64,000 nucleotides of DNA from assembly GCA_951406725.2 (NCBI GenBank), contig OX597815.1:157976001-158040000 (forward strand), given 5' to 3'. Below are positions 53,790 to 64,000 of the stretch, piece after piece. Made by a program: the position numbers and the translations under genes. The notes beneath the pieces were generated by a model. It ran no database searches. It was given only the letters and a program-made list of their open reading frames with translations, and was not told the DNA's origin. This DNA is from Octopus vulgaris. Its lineage: Eukaryota. Position 1 is the stretch's first letter; the number at the start of each line of letters is the position of its first letter.

Positions 53790-55335
53790 CATTTAACATC
53801 CATCTTCCATGCAAGTATAGGCTGGATAGTCTGACAAGATCTAAATGGTCTGAGGACTGCAGTGTACTCCCAATGTCTGTTTTGGCATGGCTTTGGTTGA
53901 GTGTTCTTCCTAATGCCAACTCTTTTACAAGGTGTACAAATTATTTTGTTTGCTGTACCTGCACTATTGAGATCACCATGCAACCTGCAAGAGCAAGATC
54001 TTTGACCAAGTGAGCTACAGTAGAAAGGGAGGTAGCTTTATTTTGGAAATGAGAAGTAAATGTTTGAAAGAAGGCGCCAGAACAGAATAGGTTTCTTTCC
54101 ACTCTTCCAGGACCGTAGGCATATATATACATATATATATATATATATGCCTAAGTCAGACAAAACAAGCAGAGTAGAAAGATAGAGTATTTCCAATGCA
54201 GCACTCAACTTGGGCTTTTGTCTGAAGGAAGATTGCAGTTCTTCAGATGTAAAAAAATATCCAATTTTATTTTTATCTTTATTTATACTTTTTGTTCCTT
54301 CTGGATATAAGAAAGACACAGTACTGAGTAGTTGTGCAATATAAGAGCACAACCCTTGATGCAGGTCTCAAAAAGTGCTGCTCTAATGTTTAAAACTGCA
54401 AATATTACACAGTTTTTCATATGAAACTTTTGTGTGAATTGGTGTTGGAAACAGAGTTGGTACAGAAACAAATGGGTGGATGGATGTTCCCCAGTAAAGC
54501 ATATCTCCATTTGTTGTAGCCTCTCATCATCTCTTTCTTAAGTTTTAATGTAATGAGATCAGCTTTCACCATTCCTCTCCATGCCCTCCTCGATTTTTCT
54601 TTCTTGCAGGTTTTTTAAAATTTGGGTCACTTGGCACTTCTTTACTCACTTGTCATCCTCCATACACATCACCTGTTTATATTAGCTCAGTCTTCTCTTT
54701 AACATATTACCTCTGCTGCTTCTTGTAGCTTGTTTTCTCTCAAATCCATTTGACAGTAACATTACATATCAAGAGGAGACTGCTCACTTCTAGCCTTTAC
54801 ACATCTTCCATATTCAATGTCCATGTTTCACAACCATGGAATGCCATACTTTGGGTACAACATCATACAAACTAACTGATAATCAGTGGAAAAACCCAAT
54901 AACGCCAATTGAAATAATAGTTCCTGAATTTTTCCACACAGTCATTATTCAAAATATTATGCTTCCAAAACAGCCTCCTCTATTGTTAATCTAATCACCA
55001 AGGTAACAGAAGCTATCAACTGTTTCTATGGAGCCCATCAAGTATTTGAAAGAAAAAATGCATCATGAATGCTCTTACTGATAATTAACCCTGTGCATCT
55101 TTTACATATGAAATCCTTTTTCTCTCTCACAGCCTATCTGTGATCCCAGTACATCTCGTGACTCTATAGTTAACATTAGACACTTATGGCATTCCAAACT
55201 ACTGCCTTTTGAGCATGGCCACTTCTTTCATAGCAGTAAAGTCTTGTCTTCTTTCCTGATAACTAAAACTTTTGTTTATGTTAAGATTACTTTAAAACCA
55301 TTTGATTTGGAAAATTTTATCAATCCTTTCCAACA
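53790..55335 (-). mobile_element. degraded RTE-like LINE fragments
   Basis: - strand remnants VDSFCYLGD and HGCETWTL, plus RTE-like 3' sequence; heavily mutated. Confidence 0.55.
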
Positions 55336-55467
55336 TCTTTGAGATGATTGATTTGAAAGAAACAAGTCTGTAATTTGGAAGACTTAAGAGTTTGTTCTTT
55401 TTGGAAATATGATGCATTACAATAAGTTTCCAGTTGTGTGGCAAGCAGCTGGAAGAAAATTAAGATG

Positions 55468-55638
<171 letters not shown>

Positions 55639-57282
55639 TTTTAAGAGTTTGGCACAGATAAAAGCTATCATTGTTGCATTGCAGAAGTCAAACAATGTTT
55701 TGCACTTGGTGGTGGGCTATACATCTATCAGTGACAGAATATAAAAGCAGTTGTATGAAAACTGAGAGAATGAAATTTTAATTGAAAGACATCAGAGTGA
55801 ATCAGGAACTTACAAAAAACAGGAAAATTATTTTGCTAATCCATCCAAACCATATATGGAAAAAACATTGTTGAAATTGTATCTTTCAATGAATTGAGTA
55901 TTAACAGACTAAGTTTTGGGAGCTTATCTCTTGCTTTACAGCACTTTGCATATAATAATTTTCAAATCATCTGTAACTTTTGGGATTTTGCTTTTAAAAC
56001 CACTATTTGTGATTCCAAAATTTCTTTTCTAAACAGTTAAACTGGTTGTTTCCGAATTTCTGAGAATGTATTAAACTAATTAAACATTTGACAAAGAGAC
56101 ATGCAATGAGGAATTAAAGAAAATATTGAGAAAATATAGAGCATGCACAGAAAAGAAGCCTCTTAACATCTATAGGAATTTTCAAGAGAAAATACAGAAA
56201 AATACACTTATTAAATGTAAACTACACAATTTAAACCAAAATGGCAAATAAATAATATTAAAGGCTATATACAGCAAATAATATCAAAATTATGAATTTT
56301 AAAACAATTAGTTTGAAGAATGTAGAATTTTTTAAAGATACTAATCTAGAGCCAAAATGTTTGAAAGAACTTTTATTTATTTGATATCACTATTTGTGAA
56401 GAATAGCAATTACTGGTTCATTGCATTTCTGACAGTAAAAGTGATGAGAGCACTGACTTTTAGTAATATTTATACCTTTCACTGATATATATTAGTAAAA
56501 GATACAAACACATACCACTGCACACATATATATGATGAGCTTCCATATAGCTTACATTTATTAAATTCCATTGCCAACTTGAGGCAATGGCTGAAGACAC
56601 TTGCTCAAAGTGCCACTCAGTGGGAAAAATTTGGAACCATTTTTATAGAGAGAAAGACAAAATTTACTACTGGAAATTATAACATAATCATACTATATCA
56701 ACTAATTTCCAGTTTTCTTGATCTATAGAATAATTTTATTCAGGTTATATTCAGTAGAAGCATAATTAAAACTATTTATCCATTTCTATAGTAATAGTGC
56801 TGTATTTTACCGACAAATATTTGAGTAAAATTGAAAATTTGAAATTTAATTTTACTAATTATTGTATGATAATTACTGGACAACAGAGGTGTGTCAAACT
56901 TAACAAAATTTTGTTTGTTACTCCTATTGTTACTAAAATTAGATTCTATTCTTGACTTCTATCTAACACAAATTATTTTACTTTACTAAAAAATTACTTT
57001 GCTTTTATATGGTCTGTACCATGACTTTATATTTTTCTGAATTTCTAACAAGATAGTAGCAGAAGAGAAGTTTCCAGAAATTCTTAATGCAAAAAATTCA
57101 AACAAATATGCAAAGACAAAAAAGTGAGATAGTAACCCAGAAGAAAACAAAAGGAAGAAAAATCAACAATAAGAAACTCAGACAGACAGCTTAAAGAATG
57201 CAATACATTATACTTAAGATAGAAGTATTATGAGTTGAATATTGCATAAGACATCGAACCAAATAAAGAAATACACACAAAC

Positions 57283-57375
57283 AGGGCCATTACTAAGTTT
57301 CTCCTCATTTATGGAACTAGAAGAAGTCATTTTAGTTGGTTCAGCAGTCATTGATGGATTTAAGCTGGTAAAAAC
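57283..57375 (-). CDS. probable downstream exon of the MACIT collagen (Ser/Thr-rich linker)
   Basis: Acceptor cttcttttcattcactgcag; 93 nt, phase 0, VFTSLNPSMTAEPTKMTSSSSINEEKLSNGP; possible donor gtttgt. Read-through gives ...SNGPVCVYFFIWFDVLCNIQLIILLS* (stop at 57214). Confidence 0.55.
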
Positions 57376-58574
57376 CTGCAGTGAATGAAAAGAAGCACAA
57401 GCATATATATGAAAAACTGTAAAAAAAAATGTTAAAACTTTTGTTACTATTAACTCCAGCACATGTCTATAATCATAATATACTATAATTAAATATAAAT
57501 ATAGAATATGTACATAATATCAATTAAAAAAACCTTTCTGAAGGTTTTTTTAGTAACTGGCTAATAGATGGATAAGGTAATGGTTTCTGTTTTGGTTTTT
57601 CAGAACCTGGAGTCTTGAAACTTTACTATTATGGAAATATTTTTATTAAGGATAAGTATAATGGAAATAAAGTGACAACAGAGTTTTGGATGATTTTTTT
57701 TTTTTGTCTGTAGGCTATATAAAGTTTTTTTTATTTACTGGATGAGTAGACAATATATGTAGATTCATATATACAATTAAGGTAATGTTTATGATATAAT
57801 AAATGTAATCAAGTTTCGCAAACAAGAATGAAACTTGATTATATTCATAACATTGTCTCCTGCTCTTTATTATTATTATTATTATTTGTAGTAGATTCTG
57901 ATAACTAATTCATAGGGTTTTGATATTAATTATTTGTGATAAGGTTTGTAAAAAAATTAAACATGATGCAAGAACTAAAAATGATAGTAACAAATACATC
58001 AAGCATTTGTAATATACTTTGGATTTAGAAGCTTTTATTGTGAAAATACTTCCTTATTACTCAAAGTATAGTTTCAACAAAGTATAGTTTCAACAACATC
58101 AAGAGAATTCTAGTAATTCTAGTAATTCTTTGAGTAATTCTGCATGCTGTCTGTACAGATCCTGTTTTTATGTTTCTGAGTGTTTACCAAACATGCAACA
58201 ATTCATTCTTCACTTCAGAATTTCTTCTAGTCACTTATTCTTTACAAAATATAAAACTTTGGCAAATACCATTGTAAGTACACTACATTATCTTGATAGT
58301 GTCTTTTCTCTGACCTAAGAAATACAGAAAATTTATTGGCAGTTGTCCTTTTCAGACATATATTTTTCCATGCACATAAAAGATAATAGAGTTAATAATA
58401 AAAATAACTTTATTTTTTATGTACACAAAAGACTATGAAGGAAACTAAGTATTGTAATTTAAATGGACATTTTTTTCATTCATTGAAATTGTTCTTTTGA
58501 TTATATTGTTTTAAACTGAAGTTGTCATAACTTTTCATTTATAAATAGGAAATGTCATGCTTATTTATCATCAA

Positions 58575-58885
58575 GGTGTTGAGCTAGAAGAATTGTAGGC
58601 ACAACAGAAAAATGCTAAGCAGCATTTATTTCTTCTGGCTTGGTCAACAGTGCTGTTCATCCTTTTGGGGTTGATAAAATAAAATGCCAGTCAAGTACTG
58701 GGGTCAATGTAATTGACTAGCCATTGCCCCTTGAAATTGCAGGCTTTGTGACAAAATTTGAAACCCTTATCATCACCACCACCACCACTACTACTACTAC
58801 TACTACCACTACCACTACTACAACATCCACCGCCACCACCACCACCGCCGCCGCCGCCGCCACCGCCACCACCACCACCACCACC

Positions 58886-58940
<55 letters not shown>

Positions 58941-58942
58941 TT
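58575..58942 (+). mobile_element. diverged family A SINE followed by (ACC)/(ACT)/(GCC) microsatellite
   Basis: gagctagaagaattgtaggcac...ttcatccttttggggttgataaaataaa; trinucleotide tract 58770-58940. Confidence 0.7.
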
Positions 58943-61564
58943 CAGGTTATAGTGAGACTTGTGCTATGATCAGCACTCTAGACTTTGAATAAAACAATGA
59001 AAATTAACATTGTACCCTCTAGTTATACATATATTAATACAATAAGTGGGCAGTAGATAAGCACAACCAGGGTGATGAAGAGAGTGTCATATGGTATTTA
59101 GTTATATCTCTTTATGTCCTGAATTCAAATTTTGCCATGGCTGACTGGCTTTCAGCCTTTTAGGATCAGTAAAATAAGTTTGAGTGGGGTTGATCTAATC
59201 AGCTTTTCCCTTCCACTAAAATGAGAAGCCTCAAACCTTCATCAGAAATCAATATATCATACATTACTATGTACTAGAATTGATTCAGTTAGCAATAATT
59301 ATTTGATTTATGAAGAATAGCCTTTTTTGATGAAGAAAGAAATCATCTCTATTATCATCAGTTATATATAAGGAGAAATGACATGTATTGTTCATACTAT
59401 TTATTTTCAGTTGTGCAGTTGATATAAAAATTAGTAGGATGTAAAAATATTTGCTCCAGGCTGCAAAAATTATGCCAAACCAGCTATCATGAATGTAAAA
59501 CTAATATTCATATATTGTTATTAATAAAGTTGACAACCGAAGATTTTAACTATTTTACTCATTATAGTACTTCATTAGCACATCATAGTTTTTACACCAA
59601 AATTCTGTTCATCAGTATTGGATTGAACATGCTCAACTTCATTGATAGTGATAATAAATCTGATTTCTCATTGATTGGTATATCATTTATTTATTAATAA
59701 AAAATTATCTCAAATATCCATTAAGAAATATGCTTACACAAGATAGTAAAATGAAGCACACTTATCTTTAAAAGTAGGTACCAAGAAATTACAATTAAAA
59801 GCAATTATATTTTTTTAAATGAAATTTTGGTTTTATGTTACTTCAAACTTACAACAGTATAATAATAGATCTATATAAAAGTTAATGATAAAGATGCTCG
59901 TCATAAGAACTAGATAATTAATTTTGCTTTTAGGTTTGAGGACACTTGAGCTAAAAACAGCTACGACAGGTCTACTTTATTAAATTGCTGCAGCAAAACT
60001 CATACTGCAACACTTTATTCAAATAAATTTACAGAGTTATTTATGTTAATATGAAAAATAGAAAACCATAAAAAAAAAATAAAAAAAATTAAGCATAGTT
60101 TGAAAGTTGCATAAGTAAAAGTTACATGCCATTTTTTTAATATATGTATACTGTTTCTAATATAAGGATGAATCCTCAGACTTTTAGGGGTGAAATTCAT
60201 GCTCTTCAATAATACAAGCAATAAATATTAAGAAGTTAATAAAAAATACTAAAGAAGAAAAACTATGAAGTTCCTCTTATAAAATAAATAAATATTTCAC
60301 ATAATATATAAGTATCAGTAGATACTTTTGCCACAGAACTATACATTAAAAGAAAAAAAAATTATATGAAACACTAGGAATTGGTCTAATGACCACCACA
60401 TTTCTTCCTGTCTCAAATTCTGAGAGTATGTAGTTAGATAAAAAGTGAGTCAGGAAGCTAAAACCCAAACAGAAATTCCTGAAATCAACGTAATCATATG
60501 AAATGGACAATTTTATTAAATTATTAGCAAAACAAATGAATATACTTTAATAGAAGAGTAGTTTTTATTTTCACTTGACTTCTTAACTTTGATAAAAATT
60601 GATTCTATGCTGAAAAATCTTGCCAGTCATGACAGCAATAAATGAAACAATTAAATATATTACTGAAACTAATTTTCAGAGTAACGTGCTTAGTGTGCTG
60701 GGAATTTAGGTTGAAAAACTTGTGTTTAAATGCAAGATGTATGCATGTGCAAATAATTCAGGTGTTTGTAATGTGATTACAGCAAGATTAGCATTTTGAT
60801 CATGTATGAGAAGACAGCCATGCTAGTACTTACCTTATGGAGTTTACTAGATTTTATAACAATAATTTATTTTGCATTTAACATCAAGCTGTTAACAATT
60901 AATTTTTGTTGAAATTAGTTGTTTTAAATTCAAAAGGCACAAGTTTAGTAGCTTGAAAAAGACAAATCTAAATATTTATAAATATTTAAAAACTCCATCT
61001 ATCTAAAAAGTACTAGATAGACACTTTAAAATAATTACATCTGATTTGTTTAATACACGTGTGCACAAATGGCACACAAATTCTTTTATCATAATTGAGA
61101 TAGTCAAGAAGCTTTTAAATATTACATTTACAGATGGAATAGTCAGTCTATCATTAAACTGATGTTATGTTAAAAATGTTATTTTGATGCTTATATGCTA
61201 ATAAAAATTTATTTAAAATGAATTGAAAAAATAGCAAATTAAATGTTGAAATATATTTATTATCATCTAGATTTTTTTAGACTCAAGTAAATACAGTTAT
61301 ATTACTGATATTACAAACAAATAAAATCAGTTATTTAATTTATTTGATTATGAGATATTAATCCAATATCTTATAATTTTTTTAAAGAACAAAGAAATAA
61401 ATCTTTTCTTATTATATTTCTTTTAATATATCTATAATGATTATAATTAAAACGTATTATGTGACTTATGAAATGTTAAGTAAATAACTTTCAGTCTAAC
61501 AAAATAAGTTTGATGTATATATTTTCTGTTTAGAAAATGCTGATGGTAAGCTGAATGTTGAAAC

Positions 61565-61627
61565 TTGGAAGGTTCCATTACCAGGGCGTGGCAGACCAGT
61601 AGGACCAAATAGACAAGTATGTCTATG
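61565..61627 (-). CDS. candidate exon encoding a diverged second copy of the MACIT C-terminal motif
   Basis: Acceptor gtcttccag; [21 protein letters not shown] aligns with [21 protein letters not shown]. The donor is weak (gtttca), and the frame stays open to a stop at 61496. Confidence 0.55.
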
Positions 61628-61696
61628 CTGGAAGACTATCAATAAACATGCACATGCTGCTACCATCCATGCAAGAAACATGCAAAAACAGTTTAC

Positions 61697-61780
61697 CTGT
61701 GCTGGATGATGTGACCCACAACCTGGTAAAGGTAAGCCATCTGGTCCAACAGGACATGGAGCATCTAAGCCAGGAATCCC
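61697..61780 (-). CDS. MACIT collagen (type XIII/XXIII/XXV-like) exon with the conserved C-terminal NC motif
   Basis: ctacag|[28 protein letters not shown]|gtaaac; 84 nt, phase 0. It matches the GLDxPCxxGxDGLPxxGC terminus of COL13A1/COL23A1/COL25A1. Confidence 0.93.
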
Positions 61781-62332
61781 CTGTAGGATTGATTATTGGT
61801 AGGCAGTATAATAAGCAGCCATCACTTAGATACTCCTTATACCATAGCCTGGTTGGAACCCTTATTTCTATAAAACTCTAAATAAACTAATTGCTAATTC
61901 TTAAAACATTAGATAAGTTTATCCTAAACTAGCGAGTTAAATTCCATGAAACCATATGGCTTAAATTCACTGAACATATTTTATTTATATATATTTAATT
62001 TTTTTAGTTGTTATATTTATTATATCAAACTAAGTATATAGTACCAGCAACCAAGTTATGGTAAATTTTAGAATATAAAAGAGTTAGAATGAAGTGGGTA
62101 AAAGGGATGAAAATAAAAACAAAAATAAAACGTTTGTACCACACACAAACATTATAAATCTCAAAGCCTAATAAGATTTTTAGTATAATATTGTAAATTT
62201 TTGGGAAAAAAGTTTAAGTTAGCTTTAAAAGTGCATAAGTGCATGATATGTTTAAATGAATGCATTGAGTGTAATTTATGCGTCAAGATAAACCTACTAG
62301 TATTAATATTTAATAAAATAGAACCTACTAAC

Positions 62333-62386
62333 CTGGTCTCCTTTTTCTCCTTTTCCACCACGCCTGCCTCTTTTACCTTTTGGTCC
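62333..62386 (-). CDS. MACIT collagen Gly-X-Y exon
   Basis: ttttttcag|GPKGKRGRRGGKGEKGDQ|gttagt; 54 nt, phase 0. Confidence 0.93.
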
Positions 62387-63389
62387 CTGAAAAAAGAGTT
62401 CCACCAAATTGTTAAACTATTTGAAATGGTTAATGCATAAAGGTTTTGATATTAATACAGTTCTCCATATTGTTATCAATCTTATCTTTATTTCATTATC
62501 AATATCGATTGAACAATTTAAAATTCATGTTTCAAATTTAAATGAAATAAGAAGATAATTATTTGATAAAGTTTTTTCTTTGTATTTTAGTTTTATTCTT
62601 CATAATTTTTTAAACTACTCAATTGGTATTTATTAGTGCAAAGCTAGTTTCAGCATTATTCACTTTTAACACAATCTTCCAGCATGTTTAAGTACTAGTT
62701 TGCTTGGAATAAGATAAATTATTTAATAGCTGGATGCACTTGTTACCATCAAACATGAAGACTGGAATATCCTTTTGTTGTTCAGGGAAGCAAAAATTTC
62801 GTATCTTGTCTAGAAAGGAATTCAACATAGTGGCTGTAGCAAGATTTTGATCAATAGTTTAGCATTTTAATCCTACAACCACAATAACTTGAGGTAAATT
62901 TCAACAAAGATTCAGTATAATTGTAGAGATTTGTTGGATAACAATATATTTTTTTTTACTTAATATTTATGTTTTAAATTGGAGAAAAGATTAACCACAA
63001 AATTGCCAATGCTAATAACGAGGCTGGTTATTCTCATGAAAAATCCCATCCAGTTACTCTTCAATAAATTTCTAAATAGAACAAGAGGTTTTTTTCCTCT
63101 TCAGTAATACATCTTTATAGTTGAAATTGCTGCTGACATTCTATTACTGATTCTACTAGCATGGAATCCTCTGCATACAACAAAGTATGCACTTTTCTTA
63201 TTTAAACTAAGATCACCATAATTTGAAGTAAACCAAGCAAGAGTTAAAACAAAGGTAATGAAAAAAGAGCACACAAAATTGTTATAATATAGGTTTTAAG
63301 TAACCAAACAATAGTTTAAAATACTTTAAACAATAGTTTAAAGTATTCACGACAGATATTAGTTGGTTGAGCATAAAAAAGTGACTTAC

Positions 63390-63443
63390 ACGTGGTCCTG
63401 TTGCACCTACATCACCTTTAACCCCTTTAGGTCCAGCGGGTCC
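63390..63443 (-). CDS. MACIT collagen Gly-X-Y exon (gene continues beyond the window)
   Basis: ctctcag|GPAGPKGVKGDVGATGPR|gtaagt; 54 nt, phase 0. Confidence 0.93.
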
Positions 63444-63816
63444 CTGAGAGTACAAATATACAATTTTTAGTAAATTTCAGAGAAAAGATACTGATTTTTT
63501 CCAACACAATTTCTTAATTAAAGAACACCACATATTATTGCTCTACTATACTCACTTATAAATGGAATATTGTAGATTATTTTTGATTAAGGGTAATATT
63601 GAATATGAATATAGAAAGTCTATTTTTTCCTTTAAATAGATATTTAAATGAGTGACTGAAATAACATTCATAAATTAATACAAAATATATGTCAAAAAGC
63701 AAAATATTTTTGGTTACCTTTGTTGAATCATGAATGAGAGAACAATACAGAACATGTAAGCAAAAGACAGACCAAAAGCAGCATTTACAACAAATAAGTA
63801 ACCAAACTAATTCTGA

Positions 63817-64000
63817 TCTTATATATAAATGGTAATTTCTGTCTGTCTGTCTGTTACCATCTTGCTGCCCAAACCAGGGAACCAATCTTCATCAAACTTT
63901 GTATACATGTTGAACTAACACCCAGTTCAATTATACGCTAATGGAATTTCAATAAAATTTGATAATGGGCCAACTACGGGGGTTGGGCTATTATATGATA
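63817..64000 (+). mobile_element. 5' end of a non-autonomous Helitron-like element
   Basis: A|TCTTATATATAAA followed by (CTGT)n and ccaatcttcatcaaacttt; truncated by the window edge. Confidence 0.55.

Noticed and set aside
60825-60850. Strong - strand donor (AAG|gtaagt) suggesting a collagen micro-exon
   Set aside because: The nearest acceptor gives 13 nt starting with TAA and has a poor pyrimidine tract.

Overview
AT-rich, repeat-dense eukaryotic DNA. The SINE families, the dense (TA)n/(CA)n/(GA)n microsatellites and the gene content point to a cephalopod, probably Octopus; this is inferred, not proven. Two host genes are recognisable and face each other tail to tail. (1) A + strand NKY-type RYamide neuropeptide precursor, with the whole CDS in one exon (27050-27442). 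(2) The 3' end of a - strand MACIT transmembrane collagen (COL13A1/COL23A1/COL25A1/COL-99 family): two 54-nt Gly-X-Y exons and the diagnostic [18 protein letters not shown] exon. The collagen does not stop after that motif. It continues into a duplicated motif exon and several candidate terminal exons with hydrophobic, TM- or GPI-like tails. The rest is mostly degraded transposons: R4/Dong-type RLE LINEs, CR1/RTE LINEs, Tc1/mariner, a Gypsy element, solo LTRs, Penelope RT, Helitrons, a hAT MITE and many tRNA-derived SINEs. There is also a 5'-truncated initiator tRNA-Met pseudogene and an interstitial telomeric tract inside a foldback. Four type I hammerhead-ribozyme motifs with unusually long stem II lie in small non-coding repeat units; one has an intact core and three are decayed. 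Most ORFs in the supplied track are microsatellite artefacts. Repeat boundaries were read by eye and are approximate unless termini or TSDs are quoted.
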